Positions 51,601-64,000 of a DNA stretch of 64,000 nt are shown here, piece after piece; position 1 is the stretch's first letter; the number at the start of each line of letters is the position of its first letter. The notes below the pieces were generated by a model. It saw only the letters and a list, made by a program, of their open reading frames with translations, searched no databases and was not told where the DNA came from. The stretch comes from Lama glama (Eukaryota): positions 85,934,001 to 85,998,000 of the forward strand of contig CM052816.1 of the NCBI GenBank assembly GCA_028534125.1, in the 5' to 3' direction. The position numbers and the translations under genes were made by a program.

Positions 51601-52379
51601 TCAGAACTTTCCTTTCCTTCTCAAGCCCAGATAGGGCCAAAAACTTCTTCCCAACATTGCTATTCCTGTGCCACTACTTGTAAATTGGACCTTAAGTTCT
51701 TAACTTAGATGAGTATATTGATTCAACTTCCTAGATTTCAAAGAATTGTCACTGGAACACTAAAAAAGTTTAAATTAGTAATCTGAAAAAAAAAATCCTT
51801 GTACTGCTCACACAATTTTAATATTACATATGTTACTGGTAATGCTGTATGTTTCAATCACATTTTTTTTTTAATCTTGGGAACTTTTTTTAATTTAAAT
51901 ATTTTAAAAAATTACTCTACTCTAGAACAAAAATGTTCTGTCTGATTTTTAAGTGTGCCTTTTTAATCTCTTTGCATCAGTGTTTGATTATGTTGAAGTA
52001 TATGTAAGCTATAAGCTCAAAAATGACTCTCTTCTATCTACCAATCATTTGTAATTATATTAAATAAGAAGAGGCTCATTTAAGAGAAAAGTGTGGGGGA
52101 ACATGATAAAATAATGAATTAAGGAAGCCAAGGAGGGAAAGATTTTTAAGAAGTGAAAAGTCAGCACTATTAAATGGCATAGGGAGGTCATGTAAGAAAA
52201 AGACTATGTGTCTATTGTGTTTAAAAGCCCTCCAGAGTTTCTAAGGCAAGGTTCTCCTGTTCTCTTTTTAAGACACTTTAAGACACGGCTCTCCAAGGAT
52301 CTGCTGTCCTATTCCTGAACTCCAGCAGAGTGATTATAATAATGTTATCTGTTGGCAGATCTCCCCCTTCCCTAAATTC

Positions 52380-52740
52380 AGCCATGAAGTTATTCAACAG
52401 ATACTTGTTGACCTACAGTATTTCCTGCACTGATTATTTGCTGAGTAACAAAATCAGATATAACTGATGATTTCCCATTCTTTAAAAGGTTACATGCTAA
52501 TTAGAGAAAGAAAGATTAATCAAATTAAGAACACATACAAATGTATAGTTACACACTGTGAGAAGTGCTATGAAAAAACATTGAAGTTTGCTATAATAAA
52601 CATAAAATCAATATACCGTTCAACAGTTGTTCAGGGTAGGCCTTTCTATGAAAGTAGTTTTTAACTTGAGAGATGAAAAATGAATAAGCATCAAGGGGAG
52701 ATGAAGGGGGAAAGTCCAAGTAAAATAATGCCAAAATGAA
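52380..52740 (-). mobile_element. L2 3' fragment
   Basis: ATTCAACAGATACTTGTTGACCTAC tail, AGAAGTGCTATGAAAAAA and TCAGGGTAGGCCTTTCT. Confidence 0.65.
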
Positions 52741-53600
52741 GACAGACAATAGGTAATTTGGGAAACTACATTTACATATCACATGTCCATCCATCGGACA
52801 TATAAAATAGCCCTAAATTAATAAAAAATTAAAACAATCCAAATATTAAAAGAGATTACATTTATGGGAGAAATAACTCTACCCCTATTTGAAGCAATAC
52901 CATTCAAAGTACAAGATGCTTACCAGTTCCTTCTTTGTTTTATATATAAGGAAGTGCCTTTTTTACCCATAAATGTATAGATTAAATAATTATTATCATC
53001 ATTGATCAAGATTCAGAGGTAAAATTCCCTAAAGAATGTAAATGGAAAAGTGAAGTTTTCTTTCTGTGTCTGACAAATGCAAAAAAACAAAATATATGCA
53101 TTCCCTTTGACCTTGAAAATTGATTCCTAGGGATCTAACAACAGCAAGTGATTGAGTATATGATTAAATATTTTGCCAGAAGACATAGCTACAGTCAGGT
53201 ATTTATTACAGTTTTTAAGTAGACGAATAAAATGCAGACATCTACTATTAGAGGATGACTCAAGTAAGTTGTCTGAGATTTATATGAATAAAAATTTCAG
53301 GAACTTAAATTTATGTCACAGACATATCTGTTACAAATGATATGTTCATGCAGTAATTTTGAGTTTCAAAATTTTCAAAAATATATACACCTATAGTCTT
53401 CATTTTAGATAACATCAACATGTCTTGACATAGATGTGGACATAGGTGAAAATATACTACAAAATACCAAGCCACATGTGGTGCTGGACCATATACAATT
53501 TATAGCTTTCTATTTTGGTTTAGTTGAATTTTCTACTCTTTTATAATAATCATCTGGACATTTGTTACTAACAAAATAAATTGAGATCTTACATTAAATA
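52740..53600 (+). mobile_element. Ancient L1ME-like 3' fragments
   Basis: ATATGCATTCCCTTTGACCTTGAAAATTGATTCCTAGGGATCTA followed by a degenerate 3' UTR. Confidence 0.5.
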
Positions 53601-56600
53601 AATTACTATATTTATAGAATATTTTTGAATGAGAAACTCAAATACATATTTATTTTTTCTCTATCATTTCACTTTAAAGAACTGCTACGAGTTCAATCTG
53701 TCCTGGTTTATTCTTATAGTAACTTATGAGTGGCTACTTTCCTACTACTCTATCAGTTTCATTTGGCTTTCTAATGACTCTCTACTGTGTAAGTAGATAG
53801 CTTGCTTAATAAAGAAGTAGGGAAACATGTTTGTGGTAAAAGAGTGTAAGTCAAATTATTAAGGGGTATTTTCTATGCTGTTCAGACAAACATTTATGAT
53901 ATTGTAAATAGGCCAGGCAGTAATTAAGATCAAAGATAATAAATAAATACTAAATTGGGCTTAGTTATTCAGTTATATATAAAGTTTAAGTAACATAATG
54001 AGCTAAATCAGAAAAAAAAATATGCCTGGATAAGGAACACAGGTGCACACAAACAAAAATATGTATAATAAATTGAAAAAAGAAGAGAAAAAATCATGGG
54101 AGTTCAAGATAAACATCCTTTTCATTCTCAAGGTCTTCCCACTTCAATCCAGGTTATTTTATAAATTACCCCTTTTATCATTTAACTCCTCGGCTCAAAA
54201 TCATTCAGTCACTTTCTATTACCAATAGGCTAAAATTCAACTACTCTTTCTAGAATTTATGATGCTTAATTATCTGGCTGCAACCTATGCTTCTAATTTG
54301 AATCACCAATACCAACCCACTAGTCAGAAATTATTATAGTATGTGTCATTAAACCACCATCCCTACTCCTACTGCTAAATCTCTCTAAATCTCACACTTC
54401 AAGAAGAAGGCTATTCTGGACTTTCCAAATTCCAGAACTTTGAACTGAACATAGTCTTGGTGGAAAGAGTTTCTAAAGCCATTTAATATTTGAAAGCATT
54501 TATATGTGGTACATTTCCCTTTGTTCTTCTCCCAAGGCCCTTCTGCAAGGTTAAGACTTGGTTTAAAGGCAAGCAGGGTATCTTTGCCTAACTATCTACA
54601 CTCAGGACAGGCCTTATGTCTACACTGATTCTACCTGAAATATGGAAATAAATATTCATGCACCCTTTGTATTTCAAGTGCACTTTCTGGCCAAGTTGCA
54701 GATGTGACGCAGAGACAGGTGGGCAAAATGGAGCAAAAGGGACTCCCTTGGGTTTCCTTGTTTCTTGACTGTGACCCAGGATTCCTTTACCTAAAATGTT
54801 TTCTCCAAATTGGATCAAACTTCTACACCAGCATTTTTGAATGACTTCTTAGCTAGTGATAAATATTCTGGGGAAGTGAGAGCTTTCTTATTTTGTTTCC
54901 TCTGTATATGGTACCTCAATAACTTTATAGAGAGTAATGGCAGATAAAGGGCTCCTTTCATTTTACCATGGATGCTGTGCTTTAATCACATCACATCAAG
55001 GCACATTCCTGAGAGGATCTAGTTCTTTTCTCTACCTAACCATTTATTTTCCAGTATCCAGAATATATGAATATTTATCTGTAGCTTTAGATTAACATGA
55101 TATTATTAAGAAAATCTTAAAACAAAAACAAAAGACTACAGTGATTGGAATATATTTGATTTCAATGAGATGTTTTCAATAATGGCATCATGTAATTTCC
55201 TTGGATTTTGATATTCTCCCCATAATTCTCTTACTTATTGATAATTATGCTTTAAGTGTTTCTTTTCCTGAGTTAGAAGTTTATTAAACCAATAAATAAT
55301 TTATATAAGAACATATTTTCAAATTAGAGTTCTGTCTTAATAGTTTAAAAACAGAACAGGGTGTTCTTTATTATTAAGCCGAGACATTTTTCTCCCTATG
55401 GTCTGTGTTTTGGCTTTAGAAAAAGATATGTTATGGCCTATGTGTGTATAAGTAAATCAATCTTCCTTTCAGCATTCATTTAAAACTTAAGGATGGAATT
55501 TTACAGGAAGGAGAACCCTGAAATGTACAATGAGGATGTATTGAATACAGTTTTCAATGATGTATTATGCAGTTAAAGCATTTTTAGCATTCCAACAAAT
55601 GCACAGATATTCATTATTTCATGAATTAATTAATTCAAAACACATGTACTGAACGCATAGGCCTACTTTCTTTCATCTCTTCCATGATTAGCATTTTTCA
55701 GGTATGTGAAGGCCTAAATTCACAATGTCAAAAATTATTATTGCTCTTTATCCTTTATTTGGATATTTAAAGTACTTTGTATAACTGGGTAGCTAAATCA
55801 TAGTTCATAAGTATCATCAATCATTTTCACTCTCAAAATAATACTTTCCTATCTTATTTTTTTGAAGAAGGCATAACTGAGCACAAGTGATTGTCAAACA
55901 GTGCTAGCAGTATCAGATAAGAAGTAGGCTCTAGATTGGTGAGTAAAGATCAGGGTGGAGACTTCTCAGGCATAATCAGATTCCCAGTTGACAAGGGCCC
56001 AACCCGAGTGCTGTCCCAGACAGGTGGACTGGAGAAGTAGCATATTCCAAGGAAGGAAAGCCCAAGTGTTCCCTATGCTGAAACTCTGTCAGCTATATTT
56101 ACTCTCCAGCAACCTCAACTCTTATGTAGTTAATGGCAGAACATGTTTCTAAACTCCAGTGGTCAACTGTCATCCTCCAGGCTGAACCCTTTTGCTTCAA
56201 GGGAGTTATGGCAGCCTAGAAATTGGTAGATGTACATAGGCTCATAACAAAGGGGGAACTCACAGAGGAGTAGGGATCAAATGTGAAAACCTCTTGTGGC
56301 AGATAGAACTTGGAGATATACAAAGTCACTGAAAAACATTTTTACAAAATTGAAAAGAAATAAGATGAGGAAATCCTGAAGTATGCATTACAGATCTTAA
56401 ACTGTTACATAACCACATATAAGAAGGCCTAGAATTCAAACCATTCAACAGCCAACACAATATAGTTACTGGCAAGTGAGGAGAGGCATTCATCATGGGG
56501 CAGGAGTATGGCCCAGGAGGATCCTTCTGTACCCAGCATTAACACTTCGGTTGCTGATCTCTAGGCTGTACAGGAAGATACAAGGGGAAGACCTAAGACT

Positions 56601-58135
56601 CCTAGGGTAATGATGGCACAGGTGGAATGTATGGATTTGGGAAATGGAGGCAGTAACTATCAAAAGGAAGAAAGTATTTCAGTATTTTAAAATCCAGTGT
56701 GGATATAATCTTGCTTGCTAGCTGAATATCAGCACTACATAAAGGATTTTTTTTCCTTAAATAATGTGTCATAGTGTTCTATGAAGATCTAAAATTGAAT
56801 CTTAGCTGACTGAATGTATTTGGTTACCTCTTGCTGTCAGGGAAATTTTGAATTCCTAGAAAAGAGTTATTTTAGAATACCATTAAATATATTCAGAAGG
56901 TGGCATCTCTGCTGAGTGATGCAGCAGGAGAAAAGAGGCTACAAACTTCAGAAAAAAGACAAAGCCCCAAGCAGTAAGTTATTACATTTTTCTCTGCTCC
57001 ATGATTTTTTTTTTCACTGTGCATTTTGCTCATATTGACTTTGACCAATGGTTTTAAAATGGAACGCATAAGACATATGTTTCATCGGTGCCAATTCTGA
57101 CATCCTAATCATTGTTTTATAGATAATATTAAATAACAAAGGTAAATTATTTTTGTCAATAGAGACAAATTCCACTAGTATTGCTATTTTGTTATAGAAG
57201 TCAAACGTTTCATGTACCTCTGTCTTGCCTGATTAGTTCTGTTCCTGCAGCATGGTTAAGTCCTATTTGGTTCTAAATTGTTCTAAACTTTGTTTAAAAC
57301 AGAACTTCAATAGATTTTTATGATATGCTGCTGAAAATAGCACATATTTGTAATGTATTTGTTAAATACATAGAAAAAAACATTATGTTGAGTTTATAAC
57401 ATGCACTTACAGTCTAGGATATTTTAAAAGAGTAAACAGTCACATCAAACAGGCATATAAGCTTTTCTGCTGAAAGTTATCAAAATAACTGTAGAAAATT
57501 TAGAGTTCACAAAATACATAGACAATTATATTACTGAAAATAATTTGTACACAACCATCATGTGCATGCACAAGTATACATATGTGTATGTACATATACA
57601 CATTTATACATGTACACTATAATGACCTCATCATTTTTACATAATATTATATCCACACCATTACAACTTCCAAATAATCAATATTTTAAGATTTCATAAC
57701 ACTTATGCAATTATACATAAGCCATTCTTAGGTGATCCATTTGTCAGATATTTGGATTTTTCAGATGTTTTGAAAATGGAATGAATTTCTTTGTTTATAC
57801 AGTTTTCTTCTTGGTACTTATTATTTCTTCATAATATACTATTAGATATATAATTACTGAGTTTATGGACATTTTTGTAACATGTTGCAAAATCTGACAA
57901 AATAACTCATTTATTTTAGAAGCAAAAGTTCAACGTAAGTATATTCAGACTGCAGATACTCATTGTGAAAAGTTAAAAGGGGCTCATTCAGACAAGAGGA
58001 AATTTATATCCCCTTACTTTTATATCCCCATTAGCCTCCACAATTAACCCTTAGAGTATAGAAGCTTCTATCATTCCTCTTAAAAGCTCTCTTCTTCTTT
58101 ACCCCAGTAGATATGCAGGTAGATGATAGATTAGG

Positions 58136-58184
<49 letters not shown>
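58136..58184. repeat. (TAGA)12 tetranucleotide microsatellite with a (GATC)n flank
   Basis: Directly visible. Confidence 0.95.
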
Positions 58185-58640
58185 CGATCGATTACTATAT
58201 CGATCTTAAATTAAGTATATTACTTTGAAACTACCTTTTGTCATTTACTATATTGCCAACAATGTTGGCATGTATTTCCGAATGGTTTCCAACAGTGATG
58301 TACTCACTTTTGTTTCTACCCACATGTGAGGCTGAGCAGATACATGCATCATATCAAGTGAAAGTACAAAATTGCCACATAATGTGTGAAACCTCCTCAA
58401 GAAAAATAAAGTGAAAAATCCCACAACATAAATGAAAAAGTGCTTTAAATTCAGAGCAGTTTTCTACCAAGGTGAAGCATTTCAGGAAGAAGTATACGCC
58501 CTAAAAGCTAAGGGTATCATTTTACTGTTATGTCACATGTGGCGATGAGGTATTGGGTGTGTGAGGCAGTGACAGGTAATCTGATTCCTGGAAGGACCGT
58601 CTCAGTAAAAGGGGTGTTCAAATTAATAAAACATCTCATC

Positions 58641-58774
58641 TGTCCTGGGCTGAATTTTGTACCCCAAAATTCGTATGTTAAAAGTCTAACATGTGGTTCC
58701 TCAGAATGTGACCATATTTGGAGAGAGGGTCCTAAAAGAGGTAATTAAGTTAAAATGAGGTCATTGGAATGGGC
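58641..58774 (+). mobile_element. MLT1A/B-like LTR, 5' portion only
   Basis: GGGCTGAATTTTGTACCCCAAAATTCGTATGTT...CCTCAGAATGTGACCATATTTGGAGA...AGAGGTAATTAAGTTAAAATGAGGTCATT. Confidence 0.85.
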
Positions 58775-59324
58775 TGTATCAGTTTGCTAGGGGCTTTGCT
58801 TTGGTGAGGGGTTTTCTTCTCAGGAAAGAAAACCCCAATCCATATGCCATAAGGTTACAAAATTTAAATGCACTTTTCTTAAGTAGAAGATAAAAATCTA
58901 GGTTAAAAGTTTGCAACCAGAGGAAACTGGGGATCTCGGTAGAATATAGGAAATTAACACTTTTATTCTAAAAGTTTTTCTATAGTATAGACACAGAATA
59001 ATAATTTATTGCTTAAGATGTAGTTAAGAGCAAAAATTACAGCCATCACAGATTATTGACCCACTTCCAAGTTCTTAAAAATCATGTGTAAAACAGAGGG
59101 ATCATTCCCTTCCCCCAAGAATGGAAAAAATAGAGAAATTCTGAGAGATGATAAAATATATATTGTTATATAATAAAAGAGAAGAAAAAAGTATCATGAA
59201 CAATGAAAGGAAAAAGTTAAGCAGGAAAAACATATTTGGGGAAAAAAAGGACATATAATATCAGTAGAGTAAAATGTGTTTATTAAATCTGAACCTTGTC
59301 AATTTATAGATTCTTACTTATTTA

Positions 59325-60790
59325 AATGGTGAATAGCATTCTTGATTTTAATGTAGTTACATGTATCAGTCTTTCATTTATAATAGTGTTTTCTTCATCT
59401 CATTTAAGCATCCAATTATTACTGCAAAGTTATACAGATATTCTCCTGTGTTATCTTCTAGATGTGTTCTTGTTTTACCTTTTTTTTAACATTTCTTATT
59501 GAGTTTTAGTCATTTGACAATGTTGTGTCAAATTCCAGTGTAGAGCACAATTTTTCAGTTATACATGAACATACATATGTTCATTGTCACATTCTCTTTC
59601 ACTGTGAGCCAACACAAGATCCTGTATATATTTCCCTGTGCTACACAGTACAATCTTGTTTTTCTATTCTACATTTTGAAATCCCAGTCTGTACATTCCC
59701 ACTTTTTTTATTGAGTTATAGTCAGTTTACACATTTTTGTTTCACCTTTTATACCTGGATTTAATTTTTGTTTGTGGGGTGATATAAGCATCAAGTTTCA
59801 CTTTTTCCCTTATAGAATATTCAAAGGATTAAGCACTACTTATTGAACATTAGGTCCTTTTTCACAATTCTTTGTCATAGATTGAATGACCATGTCTATC
59901 GAAATCTGTTTCTGGACTTCTGTTGTCTGCTGTCAAAACTATAGAGTAGAGAAGGAATTTGTAGCACATATAGTCTATAAGTGTCTCATATCCAGAAGGT
60001 ATAAAGAATATCTATAAATTAGTTAGAAAAGGCATAAAACTTAATAGAGACAAGGTTTAGATAGGCACTTCAAAAAGACTGATGTACAAGTTGCTAATAA
60101 ACATATGAAAACTTTCTCCATTACTTTAGTCACCCGGGAAATATAAATTAAAACCTCACTGAGGTAATAACATCATAAATAAAACAGAAATAACTAAAAT
60201 TGAAAATAGACTGGTAATCTTCAGTGTTGGCAAGAAAGTGAAGAAATAAGAATCCTCATAACTTGTTGGCGGAAGTTGTAAACTGGTATAAATTGTTTGG
60301 TAATATGTTAAGGTTTATCTACTAAATTTGAAGATATGCATGCATATTTGCAGCAATAGACACTTGAAAGACATGAACATCCAAAACCTGAATATAATCC
60401 ATAAACAATAGAATGGATACAGGAATAATAAGATATTTTAAACATATACAGCAAAGTAAGTAAAAAAATAAATATTTGCTACAACAGCATGATGAACCTT
60501 TCTATATGGGCAAAGATTCTTATATAAATATCAAAAACAGGCAAAAAGTAACTATGGTTCTGTGGTGTTAGAAGTAGTGATAGCAATAAACTTTGGGAAG
60601 GAGGCAGGGGCATTTGAGAGACGCACTAAAGGATTTCTGAGGATACTTCTAATATTGTAGTTTTCTATTTTTAGCATGAGTGGTGGTTGCATGGTCATAT
60701 ACTCCCATGGTTTTGAGATATACATATGGCCTGTGTATTTTCCTATAATGTATGTTTCTTATTCAGTCGAATAGTTTATTAAAATCAATA
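59325..60790 (+). mobile_element. Ancient L1ME-like element: antisense segment about 59325-59930 joined to sense segment about 59935-60790
   Basis: Antisense ORF2 (GATTTTAATGTAG, AGATATTCTCCTGTGTTATCTTCTAG, TCTGTTTCTGGACT), then sense ORF2 end and 3' UTR (CATATCCAGAAGGTATAAAGAA, AATAAACATATGAAA, CAAAAACAGGCAAAA). Confidence 0.65.
59484..59736 (-). mobile_element. Young camelid-type L1 3' end followed by a second, about 30-bp L1 3' terminus, inside one TSD
   Basis: TTATTGAGTTTTAGTCATTTGACAATGTTGTGTCAAATTCCAGTGTAGAGCAC... then TTTTTTATTGAGTTATAGTCAGTTTACA. Flanks are TTGTTTTACCTTTT (59470-59483) and TTGTTTCACCTTTT (59737-59750). Confidence 0.85.
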
Positions 60791-60799
60791 GATGTGAGA

Positions 60800-61380
60800 A
60801 ACTTCAGGTAAGGAATCATAGTGACAATGTAGTTGATGAAATCATTCAGGATTAAATCAGTAAGAAAACAGATGATTTCAAAAAATTGAAAGAAAGTCAA
60901 AACAAATAAATCTAACCATGTATCAAGTTGTTTACATAACCATACTGGAGAGGAATTATTTCCAATGTCTTCAGAGCACTGTATTCTGACAGTTTCTTCT
61001 TAGCTGAATATATTTTATAATCAGATAAAACCTGAAATAAATCTTAAAATTTATTCTGCTTTTTTATTGATCATAGTAATATTATTACTTTGAAATTATA
61101 CATATATGAAAATTTATGTGCAGTTAATGTATAACAAATAAATAACGATGCATACTTAGCGGATTTTCATTACAAGAGAACAAATAATTTCAAGTTTAAA
61201 ATCAAGGAAATTTTGTAAACATCATATAGTACTAAATATGAATTTAAAATACCAATATAAATTCATGAATTTTAAAAAAGTTTATCTGTCCTATCTCAAT
61301 GCACTAAAACAGCAGTTTTGAAACATAAGCTAAACAGCCATTATGACCAAGACTTAGGCTAAATATGGGCCCAGCAATAA
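60800..61380 (+). mobile_element. L1MC-like 3' UTR fragment
   Basis: AAATAAATCTAACCATGTATCAAGTTGTTTACATAACCATAC and related old-L1 3' motifs. It may resume after 63184. Confidence 0.45.
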
Positions 61381-62743
61381 GAACTCCCCTGTCCGAAGGC
61401 AGGTCTAGCTACCGTGCCTGTGAATATTCTACTTGTCAGAGTGGAGATCAGCGTGGATATGTGCGTATTGCATGCACTGTTGCTTGAAGAAACCAACAGG
61501 ACACTTGGTGACAAATTAAACATCACTCTTGGGAGCTACTACTCTCTTTCGCCTCTAAGAAGGCTGCACACAACCATCATCACAAATCGTTGTTGGTTAC
61601 GTCCCTGATCTTTCCTTTTGACCTTGCCAGTCATAACAGTAAGTGCAACCTCCTAGCAGTTAAGTACTGACTCTGGACCTCTATTACTTTTTAAAAAACT
61701 AATTAATGAATTATTTATTTTTTCAGTGAAGTATAGTCTATTACTTTTGAGTTCTATCATCAACTCTGCAGCTGCCCCTTTATGTCAGCCCTGTTCCACA
61801 GAGGAGAACTGCAGAGTGCCACTGATGCTCGCCTCACCTCACGTTCTTGGTAAATAGAGAATCTCCACTTCAGTAAGTGGTTGCTTACTTACTCTTACAT
61901 TTTGCCCTCCTTGATCAAAAACCCACAATAGTCAATCCAAGGAATGCATCCTAGCTCCAGTCTGAACATGATGGCTTTTTCTTGAAACTCTTTTGGTTTA
62001 TGGTCTCTTTCCTATGTTAGGTTCAGTGAGTTCCAAAGCAGGTTTTCCTAAGATGTGTTGCTATCATTATCCTGGCAATCAGGATAAGGTATAGGGGTAG
62101 CTCCAGAGGAAAAAAACCTCTTGTGTTGTGGCATCTTCCAGCAGAAGAGAAGTGCTAGCTCTTACTAGGAAGGGTAGGCAACCTCTGCAAGTCCAAAGAG
62201 TCAACACACACAGGTATATCCACTCACATGCCCCTGCGCCATGTTTCAGGATCCCAGGTTTTTCCCGTAACAGACCTGCCAGTGCTGAGCATCCAACTTT
62301 CACAAATAGATCTGTGGCCTGATGCTCATCTTCAGTCTGTTTTTCCACTTCTAGAGATAAGGGCCTTTTAAAAAGACTCTCTGCCTCTTATACTTAACTA
62401 TTAACAACTTGTTCTCAGTCTCTTAATACCCCTCTGATGGCATCAATGCAACAACAGTAACCAGCTTGTTCTGTTGTCTTTTTAGGCCCTATCCTCCCAT
62501 CTGCTTCCTGCCCCCCTTTATTTTTGAATGCCTGAATCATTACATCTGCCATACCATTCCCCACCACTAGAAATTTTCCAGGGTAACTGCCAGTGAAATA
62601 TTTAGCAGCCAAGCCACTGTCTTGTATCAGGGCAACCAGCACCTCACCTACCAACTGCACCCTACCTCTGATGCATGGTGTGTGAGATAGTCCCAGATTC
62701 TCCATCTTACAACCTATGTTCTTGGAACACTTCTGGTTCCATT
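61380..62743 (-). mobile_element. ERVL internal sequence (ERV3-16A3_I-like; leader and decayed gag-region)
   Basis: GC-richer block abutting the LTR16-like element. Its minus strand starts with the PBS TGGAACCAGAAGTG (62728-62741). No intact ORF. Confidence 0.7.
61692..61736 (-). mobile_element. Ultra-short L1 3' tip and tail with perfect 12-bp TSD
   Basis: TSD TCTATTACTTTT at 61680-61691 and 61737-61748. The insert reads CTATACTTCACTGAAAAAATAAATAA... on the minus strand. Confidence 0.8.
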
Positions 62744-63183
62744 TGTATTGTCTTGATCCTCTAAGAAGCAAACACTGAATAAGGCAAGCATGTGATTTAT
62801 TAAGGGCAATGCCTGTCAAGGAAAAAGGGAAGAAACCAGGAAAGGCTAGGAGAACTATCAGTCTGTGATGCTGATCTGACTCCAGATGACACAAGAGGGA
62901 AGGAAAGAAGTTTGAATAAAAGTGTCTTAGAAGGCAAAGCAAGTCTTAAGAGAGTTCAGCAATCCATTCCTGACCTAGTGTCACCTGTCAATAGAGTCCC
63001 AGGTCTCCCAGGAACAAGGCTAACTTAATATTCCTACCATGTTCAGTCTTGGGCTGAAGTTTGTGGGAAGTGTGGCCTCAGTTTAAAAATGGTGATGAAT
63101 TACAGAGTATAGCAGCTGGAGTCATCAGTCAGCTATATACTCTCGGCAGACAGATTGAGAGGCACTTTTTCAAGGCTGCTACG
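62744..63183 (-). mobile_element. ERVL LTR16-like 5' LTR
   Basis: TGTATTGTCTTGATCCTCTAAGAAGCAAACAC...GATTTATT...ATGCCTGTCAAGGAAAAAGGG matches antisense LTR16. It lies 2 nt from the PBS. Confidence 0.8.
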
Positions 63184-63369
63184 TGTATAAATGAATATAT
63201 ATGGGTCTAGATATCTTGATGTAGCATCAAAGAATTCAGTATATTTAAATTTAATTATCAGACATTGAGCAGTTTTGTGCTACAGTGTTTACAATGATAA
63301 ATACAAGGTTTATTTATGAAAAATCAGTGAATTTATGTATTCACTTTATTTAAGTATATGTAATGATCA

Positions 63370-64000
63370 TGCATTAGAGGTATGTTTGGGGTAAACGGGG
63401 TAAAGAATTTGTTTTTTAGGCAAGGGGACAATTAGGAATCTACTACAGTAATTCATGTGAGAGGAAGAAAATAGAGTCAGATATGAGTTTTGAAAAAATG
63501 TTATAAGAATACGTGTGTGGAAACAAGTGACTAAGGTGATGTAGGTGGAATAAGAATGATGTGTCTAGGATGAGTCCTGGGTTTTGGCTTCTTTGGCTGA
63601 TGATGATGAAGATGACATTCCTTCTGATAAAGACTACAGAGCAAGAAAAGGATCTCTGTTGTTACTGCTGGTGAGTACAGTGTGTGATACAATGACTTTC
63701 TGATACCCATGACCCATTCATGTTAGATCCATTTTACTAGAGTTCAGAACTTTGGGATAAGGATACAGATTTTTTGATTAAGCTGTCATATACTGTGAGA
63801 GGACCAAAGCAGCAGTGTTTAAAGGGTGGAGATGTCTTTTCAAAAGCCAAAGCAGAGGCTGTAATAAGAGTAAGAAAGTTCATAATAGAAATAGAGTGAG
63901 AAGTGAACGAAACTGAAGAACCTAATGAGCTCAATATGTCCATAACAAAGAACTCATTGAGGGACTCTTCCGAGACAAAGTCAGTGGAGTGGTGAAAATG
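63370..64000 (-). mobile_element. L2 fragment(s), running off the window end
   Basis: TTAGGAATCTACTACAGTAATTCATGTGAGAG, GGATGAGTCCTGGGTTTTGGCTT and CAGTGGAGTGGTG are antisense L2 landmarks. Confidence 0.6.

Noticed and set aside
52267..52286. 10-bp tandem duplication (TTTAAGACAC)x2
   Set aside because: Ordinary slippage duplication that creates no motif I recognise.
55890..56660. GC-richer purine-rich block, possibly an old LINE 5' region or LTR
   Set aside because: I could not assign family, termini or TSD by eye; it needs a Dfam search.
62415..62942. Longest ORF (175 aa) as a domesticated gag
   Set aside because: It starts inside the LTR at a non-ATG codon, crosses the PBS, and shows no recognisable capsid or zinc-knuckle motif.
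1..64000. Prokaryote-style systems (operons, CRISPR arrays, defence islands) or any novel multi-gene system
   Set aside because: The DNA is mammalian and repeat-laden. There are no long ORFs, no regularly spaced repeat-spacer array and no gene-dense segment.

Overview
Mammalian, AT-rich, CpG-depleted DNA, probably from a camelid: it has one tRNA-derived Vic-1-like SINE and artiodactyl/camelid-type L1 3' ends. It reads as a large intron or gene desert. I cannot support any protein-coding gene, functional RNA gene, CRISPR array or prokaryotic system. The supplied ORFs are chance frames or decayed L1 ORF2 and ERV remnants. Much of the window is layered transposable-element debris (L1M, L2, MIR, MaLR/MLT1, ERVL, ERV1 LTRs, MER20). 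The best-supported structures are a twin-primed 5'-inverted L1 with its TSD (7078-10621), a two-LTR MaLR provirus (26363-28817), an ERVL 5' LTR with tRNA-Leu PBS and internal sequence (61380-63183), and two related solo LTRs carrying TGANTGACAG motifs. Speculative leads are a 39-nt minus-strand candidate exon (14413-14451), motif-dense unique islands (about 40.8 kb and 49.0-49.4 kb), a perfect DR4 element made by a 10-bp duplication, and a tandem duplication with a 20-bp palindrome at its junction. I found no evidence for a novel biological system. Repeat family names come from recalled consensus sequences, not a database search, and boundaries of old elements are approximate.
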